A stretch of DNA of 64,000 nt. It comes from Elsinoe ampelina. Taxonomy: Eukaryota. Below are positions 12,418 to 22,592 of the stretch, in pieces. The first letter of the stretch is position 1; each line of letters opens with the position of its first letter. The DNA lies in contig ML992520.1 in NCBI GenBank assembly GCA_010093995.1, forward strand, positions 1 to 64,000, written 5' to 3'. The position numbers were made by a program, and so were the translations under genes. A model generated the notes under the pieces. The model made no database searches, had not been told where the DNA came from, and was given only the letters and a program-made list of their open reading frames with translations.

Positions 12418-13098
12418 TCAACCCAGTGTCTTGAGCTTTGCCTTCTTCTTGACCCCACCAGTCTTGCTTCCGCCCTTCTGGAAGTCCCTCCAGCTATCGA
12501 TCCTCCCTTCCCTCGTCTTCTCCCAGTTATTCTCGAATTCTCTCTTCCTTTTCCTCTGCTCCATCTCCTCTTCCTCTTGCTTCTTCGCCCTTCCTTCCTC
12601 CTGCATCTGCGCCTTCATTTGCCTCTGTCGTCTCTTCTCTTCATCCATCAATACCCAGACCGTCTTTGCTCTCCACGCGGATATGAACTCGTCATCCGGA
12701 TCCTTGACCTCCTCGTCGTCGACCGTCAGCTTTCTCTCCCTCATTAGCAGCATGCGTGCGTCCGCGATGCTCTCGTCCAGCTTTTCCCGCTGCTTCTCGT
12801 CCAGTAGTTGCTGTTGCGCCTTGGCCAAACGATCAAAGGCATCGGGGGCTTTTGGGTTCGACGTCTTGTCGGGGTGTATGAGGAGCGACTTTGTGCGGTA
12901 AATTTTCTTGATTTGAGACTCGGGTAGGCCAGGTTGTATGTCGAGGATGGCGTAACCATTGAGGCGGAATTCGCCCAGAATGCGTTCGATCTCGGCGTCC
13001 TTGTCGAATTCTTTGCCGTCCTTCTCTAGCATGGCCAACAGCTCAGATTCCGTCTTTGAGTCTGGCGCCGCCACATGTTCGGATGCTGAGTCCGACAT
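12418..13098 (-). CDS. spf31: J-domain co-chaperone, Spf31/DNAJC8 family
   Basis: J-domain with SLLIHPDKT; C-terminal coiled coil and WEKTREGRIDSWRDF motif. Confidence 0.88.
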   Translation of the reverse strand: MSDSASEHVAAPDSKTESELLAMLEKDGKEFDKDAEIERILGEFRLNGYAILDIQPGLPESQIKKIYRTKSLLIHPDKTSNPKAPDAFDRLAKAQQQLLDEKQREKLDESIADARMLLMRERKLTVDDEEVKDPDDEFISAWRAKTVWVLMDEEKRRQRQMKAQMQEEGRAKKQEEEEMEQRKRKREFENNWEKTREGRIDSWRDFQKGGSKTGGVKKKAKLKTLG

Positions 13099-16000
13099 GG
13101 TGAGTGGAGTGAAGGCGAAGATGCTAGACCGTGATGCGCGGAAATCACAACTGCTCCAGATGCGGCGATCTTTGGATTCTTATCGATAAGCCGGCTCGGA
13201 ACGGGAACTGGCTTGAATCATTTGCGGAAATTCTGCCGGGGACTGCCGTCTATTCGGACGACAATGCTAGTTCAGCTACCTTTCTCAGCTACTATAGCGC
13301 CTGCTACTATAGCGCTCACCATCAGACTCATCTAAACCCTGTGGACATGTCGGACAGTCGCCCAATGAACATCAATCTCGAGCAAAGACGATTGCGGCGT
13401 ATTCAGAAACACACCTTCCTCTCGCCCTTGTGGCTTCTTGTTGCATATTACACAGTGCTCCGGTACAGGACGCTTCCGGTCGACGGCGCTCATGCGGGCA
13501 TCTCAAGCACTTCATTGGACTCGTGAACGTTGTGCGTCACTCGTGCCGTAGTGCAATGGCTTCGGGGATTCCGACCCTCGACGAAGTGGAGAGAGGACGT
13601 CGGTGACTGTCGTGGACGTCCAAGTGGCCTGGTCCGTCAAACAGCTCACATGGAATGACCTCTTCTTGCTAGTGCTGCATTCCCCAACTACAGCACCATG
13701 GTGCCGAGGTATGATCATGCTGTCTGTTTTCTGCTGGTCGACCTGGATTGACGCTCATCATGCTTGCTGGCATCCGAGATCTGGTCACTCGGACGATACG
13801 CGGAGCAGCTAAATGGTCCGCGAGCTCGATTGTCATGCTGACGGCCCACCCTGTTGCGAGTTGCAAGGTCCCGGGACAGTGCAGAGGATACTGTAGGTCA
13901 ATTTCTGCGATCTTGCAGGGTGGGGGCTCATGCACGCGAGTGGCACTGCATAATCTGCACTTTTGCCAAGCAAGATCTAGACTGCTCTTGCGGCGTGGTG
14001 ATTCAATACCGAGACCGTGACTAGCCTGAGCTTCCCGAGGCTGGTGTGAGAGTCGGGCGGTCAAGTGTGCAAAGAAGACTTAGTGCATGCATCCTTCCTG
14101 GTGGATTGGTGGAAGGATTTCGCCGCACCCACATGGCAAACCTCCATGATGGTTGCGACCAGCTTGGCGTTGAGGGAGGCTCAACAATGTCCAAAGCGGA
14201 TAATACACAGTCGGCCCCGCCAATGAAGTACCATCACCTCTGATCGGCTACTGTGGGAAAAGCTGGCTACATGTCGCGTATGTCAGCGGCGTGGAGATTG
14301 CCTAGATTTTCGTAGGCTTCTGGCTCCCTTCTTGGGACGTCGATCGGTAGCAGTCAGACGTAATTTCTGGTCTTTGTAGACCGGTGTGAGGCAGCATTGT
14401 GCTGCGAGAGCGACTGCTGAATCTACGATCCACGTTATCTTAGGATGCTGAAATCCAAGTCAGCGCAGGTTGTCTACCCGATAATTGGAATGGAGCGCTT
14501 GGTTTCAGAGTTTGAGGCTCCGAAATTCCATCTTCGGCCGATCGCGAGCTTGATCTCCACCCCTTGCAGATCAGTTCTATGATCGGACTAGCCCTTCACC
14601 AAATCACGTCAAAGAGGAGGCTTCACCGGTTGCCACTTCTCCATCTCCTGCATGCAGTCGACTAGAGCCTCGCCTTTTCCACCGGTGAGCTCCTAACCCA
14701 GGCTTTCAATGCAAGCGTACGGCGCAGCACCCATCCACTCTCGAACAAAGGCTGCCCCAAATTCCTTGGTCCTTATCTAGCGCGCCCCGCGATCCTTTGA
14801 GGATCATGTTGCCGAGCACTTCAGCGCCATGAGACATCGCCTTGACCAATCGGTCCGCCGTGTGCTGGGAATGCTGCGGCGTGGATGGGGATCAAGTGCT
14901 TGTGGGTCGGGCATTTCCTGGTAGCTGCAGCTGATGTACCCGTCAGAGTGCGGTTTTGCTCGCGAGACTGCCTCAAGAGATGTCTGAGCGACTCTAAGGG
15001 ACTGTACTATTGAATCAGATGCAGCCATTGACTGCGCACTGATCCCTCAGATTCACTTGGCTTCGTGCGAGGTCGCATGAGGCTACGACGTACTAGCAGG
15101 ATCTTTGAGGCGCCGGGAGGAATCGACTTGGGCTTTGGTGGTCAGAGCTGCATATAGACTGACCACTGCATCCATTCCGCCTGGATGTGCCCATGTAGCA
15201 ACGCAAACAGATATGTTTATTTTTGCAGCGCCTCCGCAGTAATGCCAACGTTTTAGCTCGCTCTCGTCGGACGCCAACTCGAGGCGATTTCTCATGGCTG
15301 CAGTAGTGGAAGCGTCTGGACCCATTATGTGCAACTTCATCTTCAACAACTCGTTGTGCCGAAGTCACCTGGTTCATATATCCGGTCTTCAGTGGGATCA
15401 AAGCTAGGACGGGCGGTGTGCAGTATGACAGCTACGATTCCGCGGTACTGTGCTCATACACGGATACCATGAAGTCGCACACGCGGATCCATTCTTTGTA
15501 TTCAGGGGCAGCGACAATCACTACGGGTCAGTCCCTGCATGGCCAGATTGTCACTGCATTACCTGCATACTGTACACCCTACACAGCTAGCCAAGTCATT
15601 AGTATGGGATTTGCCTCCGTTGCAGATGCTCTACATGCCTGGACCACCCCAGGACTGGACGGTAGTTCAGCCACAAACGCAGCATTGGACGATCATGAGA
15701 GGCCCTGTGAGCTCTTCGGCGCTTTGAACGTTGGGCTACCAAGCTCTACTGCAGACAACACTGGTCCTGTGAGCCGAGAACCTAGTGTCATCAGTCTTAG
15801 CTCTCAGACGATCAGCTTTCGGCGACTGATGGTGTAGGAAGCTACGTCCATTTTGGCTAGTGTCGGCCGTCTCCCTTGTCCTGTCGATGCTGCATAGTTC
15901 ACCTTCCAGGCCCTTAGGAAGCTGCATTGAATCAGATGATCAAGCGCGTTGAGTACGCCACCATCTCAGCTCCATGGCGGCGGCCGCACCACCGCTTTCG

Positions 16001-16160
16001 GTCTGCGAGAACAGCAACGACCGGCGCCAACATTCTAAGCGATGTACCCCGTGCGAAGCCGCTCTTCATGCCGACATGGCGGTCAATCACGAAGTCTTCG
16101 AAGCTTCTCATGGGCATGGTAAGATACCTGGCCGACAGCATGGAGTCTTCCAGCCAGCAT

Positions 16161-16172
16161 TATAAATTATAA
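16161..16172 (+). promoter_or_regulatory. Putative TATA box of secreted protein gene
   Basis: TATAAATTATAA about 100 bp upstream of ATG 16270, followed by a CT-rich leader. Confidence 0.4.
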
Positions 16173-16269
16173 TCCCCAGTCCCGCAGTCTAAAGACAAGC
16201 TCCCCAGTCCAGTTTCTGATTCACATCTGCCTTTCAAAAACTTGTTCCTACACCATCGTCACTCCAAAC

Positions 16270-17112
16270 ATGGTCATCCTTTCGAAACCTGTCAAGCCTC
16301 TCACTGGCCTAGCATGGCTACTCACCTTCTCCAAGATGGCCATCGCTGTCAACTACAATGACGCTTATTTCGGCGCCTTTGGTCCCAGTCCTGTCTCTTC
16401 TTTCGACGTGACTACGACTGACCAGAACAACCCGCTCTACTTGGCTGGCACAGTCAGTGGGGCCAACAGCTACCCGACGACAGACTGGCCAGCCTGGTCA
16501 GATCAGGTCGAATGTGTCACACCAGACAACCCGACTGTCACCGTTGGGGGGCCATGCGCTCGTGAGGCGATTACGCAGGTGGTACTCAGTGCCCTTATGC
16601 AGGTAGCTAACGATGCAAATCCTGGCGACAACTTTGCAGGGATGAGGTTCCTCTCAAGAGCGTCGACCGCAGCATATCAGGCCTACTCGGTGGAAGACCG
16701 CGGGCAGGGATTATCATGCCCGACATGCCCCGCACCCTACAGCGACCAAAGCTGCCCTCCTTTGGACAATCGCAGCTACTGGTTCCGCAAACCAGGATTC
16801 CGATTCGAACTCAAGACGAAGGCCATCAAAGTTACCTGCAAGAAGACATGCAAAGATTTCCCCACGCTCAACGAGGCTAATGTCGAGGCCACGCTGCGCC
16901 TCCTTGCAGGTCAGATGCGTGGCAAGCGCGGACAAGTCGCCAATATCCAGCTTTACCGCCCTAACAACAACCGTGAGATCATCGCCAAGTGCAGGGTCAC
17001 GCTGCTCAGTGACGCTACACCGTACGGAGGACAGAACTGGCTTGGTACCGCATCGGCTTGCCCGGATCTCGTCTACGACGCTGGATCGCCCGGTACGTGC
17101 ACGCTGCCATGA
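16270..17112 (+). CDS. Cys-rich secreted effector-like protein (280 aa), paralog A
   Basis: Intronless ORF with hydrophobic N-terminus and ~10 Cys; shares GQG, K-x-IKVTCK-x2-C, CR-x-T and CPD-x-V...CT motifs with 22593-23372. Confidence 0.8.
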   Translation: MVILSKPVKPLTGLAWLLTFSKMAIAVNYNDAYFGAFGPSPVSSFDVTTTDQNNPLYLAGTVSGANSYPTTDWPAWSDQVECVTPDNPTVTVGGPCAREAITQVVLSALMQVANDANPGDNFAGMRFLSRASTAAYQAYSVEDRGQGLSCPTCPAPYSDQSCPPLDNRSYWFRKPGFRFELKTKAIKVTCKKTCKDFPTLNEANVEATLRLLAGQMRGKRGQVANIQLYRPNNNREIIAKCRVTLLSDATPYGGQNWLGTASACPDLVYDAGSPGTCTLP

Positions 17113-17737
17113 TGAAGGCTCCGCGGCGAGGGTCCCGGGATGACCAGCTGACGGCTGTGTTGGACATGGTTGCAACCACAGTTTCTACAGATGCTTCATG
17201 CTTCAGGTTTGCATTGCGCAATGTCGACACACTTGGCCCCTTTGATGTCAATTCTACTTCATATACTCTTTCAATTGAATGAAACTGCAGCTCGTTGAGC
17301 AATCCTACTAAGCGAAGCTTATGCCTTACCTTGACCACAGCAGTCGACGAAGCAAGTTCCTTGAAGTTGCAGACACGGTCGGCAAAGAGGCCGATATTTT
17401 GCTACGATCCTGGAGATTGCGCTCATCGTCGGGTAGATTGACATTCTGGCAAGAAAACCTTTCCTAGACGTCCTCTGGAGTTGCGCTTCGTGACTGGGCA
17501 CAGTCGTCGCTCAGATTAGCGCCCATGAGCCATGAGACGGATCCGGTAGGGACGATTGTGTGTGAGGCATCGAATGCAATTACGTACATTTCTGTGCATA
17601 GAGGAGTCGTGTCGGTGAGAGCATACACGCCTCACGGTGTCTCCAATGCGGGAGCATTTTGGAAGGCAAATGTGTCAATCCTTCGCCAGCTGGAGGCTTA
17701 GTCCAACGCGCGGAAAATCGAGCTGCCAAGCCGGATA

Positions 17738-17870
17738 TTCTCCTTTGCAAAAGGGCTGGGATTTGCTTGGCAAATTTGCTTGTAAACGTCAGCTTAAACG
17801 ACCATTTTTAGCCCAATAGCTAGTAACTCACCAATCTATCGATAATTAAAGCTGAAAAAAGGTGTAATAG
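17738..17870 (+). repeat. Left terminal inverted repeat (outer 35-bp block plus inner 22-bp block)
   Basis: Outer block 17738-17772; inner AAGCTGAAAAAAGGTGTAATAG 17849-17870. Confidence 0.9.
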
Positions 17871-17951
17871 TGAAGTTGGTGCTGTCGAATTTAGTGATCG
17901 AATAATTGACCAATTTGCAGCCAATTTACGTGCGCCAGCGTCGCGGTCGCA

Positions 17952-19006
17952 ATGCCTCAAACATACCTCATTTTATCGCCCTATCACGTCAACCGCATCC
18001 ACGAGCTCTTCCTCTCTAGTATGAGTGCTAATGACGTTGCCGACCTTACAGAAGGCCTCTCGAGGTCGAGATCGTACCGCTTGAAGGCTAATTGGCTCAC
18101 CTTTAGTCATATCGAGCGTCCGAAGGCGTTAAAGAAGGGGGGGCGGCCACCCCTATTACCACTCGAGGTGTTGCTAGATATGCAAAGGCTATTCGAGGAG
18201 GAGTCAGATATGTACTTAGAGGAGCTACAGGATCATTTGGAGTCCTATTGGTCGATTGATGTGTCAATTAGCACCATCTCCAGAGGGCTAAAAAAGTCGA
18301 ATTACACCTATAAGGTATTAAGTCGTGCTGCTGGCCAAAGGGACGAGGTACTCCGTGCAGAGTACCGTCAAGAGATGGAGGCCTTCACTGCCGACTAGCT
18401 CGTGTGCGTAGATGAGACTGCAGTCAATGAGAAGACTCTATGGCGCTGCTCCGGCTGGTCACTGAAGGGGTTACCGGCCATGGACCGCTCGGTGAGAAAG
18501 ACGAGCAAGCGCTGGTCAGTACTTCCAGCGCTTACTATTGACGGTTACCTCTGCGGCGTAAAGGTGTTTCAAGGCTCAATTACAGCTGCAATATTCGAAT
18601 GCTGGCTTCAAGAGGAGGTACTGCCGCAGTGCTCACCTTATCCAGGCCCACGGTCGGTGTTGGTGTTAGATAATTGTCGAATTCACCGGAGGAAGGTGCG
18701 TGAAGAGTTTGCACTCGCCGCCGCCGGCTGCTTAGCTAATCACGTCAGGTGGTAATTAACCTTTGTCAACAGCATGGTGTCATAGTGCGGTTTTTGCTAG
18801 GCTATTCGCCAGATTACAATCCAATTGAGCCTAGCTTCCATATATTAAAGCAGTACATGCGGCGTAATAGGAAGGAGGCACCGCAGCTTGATATAGAGGG
18901 ATACCGGCGTCAGTTTGAGGTCTTCATCCACGAGTCTTATGAGGACTTCCAGAGCGGCGTTGACTTTAAGGAACTATTCAAAAAGTGCGGATATAGGCTT
19001 GAATGA
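17952..19006 (+). pseudogene. Tc1/IS630-type DD34E transposase (intron 18696-18748; one in-frame TAG at 18396-18398)
   Basis: GRP motif and HTH region (DMYLEELQ...VSISTISRGLK); catalytic VDET, VLDNCRIH, YSPDYNPIE with 34 residues between second D and E after splicing GTGCGT..CTAAT..CAG. Confidence 0.92.
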
Positions 19007-19012
19007 AGTTAT

Positions 19013-21100
19013 CTATCTATCACTGTTAATCTGCTGTGATTGCGTGGCACGCTCGGATTGCTCCTCCTCGTCAGACGAGATCATGCCAGGTATCTGCCTT
19101 ATAAAGAGGCCGAGGTGCTGCTTTACCTTCACCCTAATGCCGTAAGGAGGGATCATCCTCTCCAGCATCTTATCACTCGATCGCAAGAGCAATTTAAGAT
19201 CCTAGCAGTCTGCAATAAGCCGCCGAGCGGCGTCACAAAGAGGCACCTTAAAGCGAGGGTAGCGCTGCACGAGAGAGTCAAAAAAGCGAGTGATATATTG
19301 AGGGTCTTCAACCTCAAGGGGGAGAGAGCTTGACCGAAGAGTTTCGAGGTTGCCAATGCTCGTCGTTGGCGCGGAAGAGGGGTGGGGGGTGGTCGGAAGG
19401 GCTGAGGGTGACTCTGAACGAGGGGCTGGAGGTTGGCCACCATTATAGAAGTACTGGTTGAAGATAGGGGTGGAAGGAGGCCCATTAGGAGGAGGGTTGG
19501 ATTTGCCTTGTTGCCTCTCGTGTTGCTTACGCTTTGCTGACCGCTTATCCTTACGAGCCTCGGTGGCGGCGGTGATGAAATTGATCATATAGACCGACGG
19601 CCTGCTGGCAGTGGACTGGCCTGCAGTGGTATCACGCCGCTATTCGTTAATGATATTGGCATCGATAGCATAGTGAGTGCCACCAATGACAATACACGCC
19701 ACCTTATCCGCATTGGGGCATCGGCCAGTTTTGCATTGGTAAAACTCCTTAATATCGCGCCAAAACCGCTTGCGGAATATCTTCTCAGCCTGCGCATTTA
19801 ATGCTGATAGTCCTCGAGGTGCATTGTGGTCTGGTTGTCGTGGTATAGCTTAGGGGGGGTGGGTGGTGGTACCTCGGATAGTACGGGGATTGGCGGCATC
19901 AGCCGGTGCCAAGATATCCTCCTCGGCAGAAGTACTCTGCTCTGAGGAGAACCTCCCCTATCGATTATTGACATGTAATCGTAGCTCCTTCTTCTTCAAA
20001 CTATGGTAGTGCCTCATGAGGTCGATGACCTCATGCCACGGAGATCCTAGGACCTAGAAGTCGTCCACAGAGTTGACGGGGTCACCCTTTGCAGAGGTGA
20101 TGAAGAGCTCGGCCTTCCGAGAGAGGGAGTGGCATTGCAGGCCTTGTGTGTGAGCAAATAGACGGACGGCAGTTGCCGCCTCATCACGGATGCTGCCAAC
20201 ACCACTATTAACATTGCAAAGCTTGTTGAATCGCTTGAGCTCCTTGCCATCAAAGAGAACTGTCCACACTAAGACGAACTAGACGTTTGGAGGAGGTGTT
20301 GGTGATCGCTGAGTCTGAGGGTCAGCGGAAGGACTTGGCGATTTTCGTTGACGGCGACGACGAGGTGGTTTCGACTTGGATTGACTCCGCTTCTTCCCTG
20401 ATGCTTAAGGTGCATCCTGTGATGCTCCTCCACCAGTTGCCTCATTATCCGATTGCTCTTGTGTGGCGATTGCTGAATTGGAAGGGGGGGGGGATGTCGG
20501 TTAAGAGACACGCCTTCTCGGCACTGATTTTGCAGCACTCCGGCGAGTGACCCTTTGACTTTTTTGGATAGGCGATTCAGCTTGTGATTCAACCTCTTCC
20601 ACCTCTTCAACTTCACCTCCTTCTTCTTCAACAACCACAGGTCGACTTTGGCGCTTGCGCTTCCTCTGAGCACTCCTCATGGTTGGAGCCTCCGGATCGA
20701 GGTTCTTTGGTGGCTTGCCAGCATTCATGCGTGCTGTCCTTCTCACTGGCGCTTCTGCATCACCATCGCCATCATCTTGTGAAGTTTGAAGGCCAGCAAA
20801 CTTGACGTGGTGTGAGGATTAAGCCTGGGCCGACTGAGGGGGGGGGTCGATAATTTCGCAGTATCCATCCGGAATAGGCGACGGTGAGAGCTCCGATAGA
20901 TCACTCATTTCTGCAGGATATCCAGCATTTGATCCATCTTCCTCCACCAACTCTTCATCACGCTCAATAGAGCCAGAGGCTGAGGCACCGAGGGGGGGGG
21001 AGCTTGGTGGTGCTGCAAACGCGCTAGGGTCGAAGTCGTCCATCTCGGCGATCAACCGGTCAATTTGCGTGCGAGATGGATCAATTGGATTGAATGACAT
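19013..21100 (-). pseudogene. Transposon second ORF (~695 codons, single frame, 9 premature TAA/TAG stops); unknown protein with CCCH and SAM-like motifs
   Basis: ORF-track fragments 20819-21109, 20501-20746, 20054-20269 and 19202-19588 share one frame. Manual translation through the stops gives a continuous protein from ATG 21100 to TAG 19013-15 with no frameshift. Confidence 0.85.
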
Positions 21101-21119
21101 GTAATCCAACTCGGACGAG

Positions 21120-21252
21120 CTATTACACCTTTTTTCAGCTTCAAAAAGGACGAATTGGGCAAGTTGTGGTGGTTTGGGTGAGAACTGGTCAATTTGGTGG
21201 TGGTTTACATGCTAAAATGCCAAGGAAATCCCAGCCCTTTTGCAAAGGAGAA
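21120..21252 (-). repeat. Right terminal inverted repeat
   Basis: Inner CTATTACACCTTTTTTCAGCTT 21120-21141; outer TGCCAAGGAAATCCCAGCCCTTTTGCAAAGGAGAA 21218-21252. Confidence 0.9.
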
Positions 21253-22592
21253 TAAAGCTGCCCAACCCTCTCAAGCAGAGACCGTCTAGATGCGCGGCGG
21301 CGCGACGCTTTGCTCGGTCTAAATCCTCCTCTTTATGCATGCATGCCACCACCACAACATCACTAGCTCCGTCGTTCCTTTTGCTCGAGACGCACACGAG
21401 CGGCGCGGCCGCTCCTCATCCTCATTCACAGGCAGTCGAATGCAGGTTTCTCGCTGCCACTTTGAGATTGTGTGTATCCCGCCAGACACCGCAGACCAGG
21501 TCGTTTCCTAGCCTGGAGTATGGACCCTCGATCGATCCAAGGACCGAGGGATCATTGCGAAGCGGTCTGTTGACACCCCTCTAGCTTGCTGCAGACATTT
21601 CCTCCTGCAGATGATCTGTCCTTGGTGGTACAATGCCTCAATCTCGCTTGCTAGTGGATAAGCGCTCTCAAATATGGTAAGCTGGATGCAGGGCATGCAT
21701 GAAATCTCCATGTAAGGTTTCGGTTCTACCAACCTCATCTCCGAGACTGAGACCCCTGTTCCCTGCCTAGGTTTCACTGCAGGAATTGCAACAGGCGGTG
21801 CGGACCTTGGCAATGCTGGATGCTCTATCCGGATTGAGCATATGTGCGGTTATAGCGCGACTGCACTCGACTCCTCCCTCGACGGTTATGGACGGTTGTG
21901 GCATAGCACCGAGCACGCACTCTGACGGCCACGCCAGTTGAGGCTCGCGATGGGTGTGCCCTTGCATGGATCGAGGAAATCCATGGCATCCTGCATTGTG
22001 GCAAGGTCCTCTGACTGTCAGGACCTCGTCTACCACTAAAAATCTAGTTGGATGCTCGCTCTTTCATACGTATTTGTGGCAATTGCTCCGTATCTACTTC
22101 AATTCAGAAGGACCTGAAGTTGCGGTGCAAGCCGTACTAGCCCTCCCGCCATCACGAGACACTATAGCAGCCCTGGAATGGAGCTATGCCTCCTCGCACA
22201 TGATGCGCCTCACGTTGGTAACGTTGCACTAATGCAGAGCTCGAAAGTCCTGCCAAGATGCTCACCGACTGGCATGACTGCAGCTATACCCCTCTTCGAA
22301 AGGAGCACGGTCGACGCCACGGTCTGAGGACGTCTCCGGGAAGTCCGCAGTGCGAACACGGTCGATTGTATTACGCGACAGGAACATTCACGGCATCTCG
22401 TATGGGAGATTTCGGCATCTCTGTGAGGGAGACAAGGACGGCCTCAACTTAGGATGGACGAACATAAATAATCGAGGTCCTCCGCCACTGGGGCATTCAA
22501 TCACACCTGCCTTCTCAAGTCTTGAAGACCTACTTATTTCTCCAATCTCGTTCCCGAAAGTCACACAAGACTCTCCATCATTCCCCCTCAAG

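Larger units (their letters stand above)
17738..21252. mobile_element. Complete Tc1/IS630-superfamily DNA transposon, 3,515 bp, TA target-site duplication, two convergent genes, RIP-mutated
   Basis: TA(17736-37)+TTCTCCTTTGCAAAAGGGCTGGGATTTGCTTGGCA matches the reverse complement at 21218-21252 (1 mismatch in 35 bp), followed by TA(21253-54); DDE transposase inside. Confidence 0.95.

Noticed and set aside
13285..13316. Short direct repeat GCTACTATAGCGC x2
   Set aside because: Only two copies with no associated element; could be chance or slippage.
18690..18760. IS630-style programmed frameshift in the transposase
   Set aside because: A canonical intron with branch point explains the frame change and gives exact DD34E spacing; no slippery sequence seen.
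19013..21100. Alternative genetic code or stop read-through (TAA/TAG as Gln) in ORF2
   Set aside because: Neighbouring host genes terminate normally at TAA/TAG; RIP C-to-T mutation is the simpler explanation.
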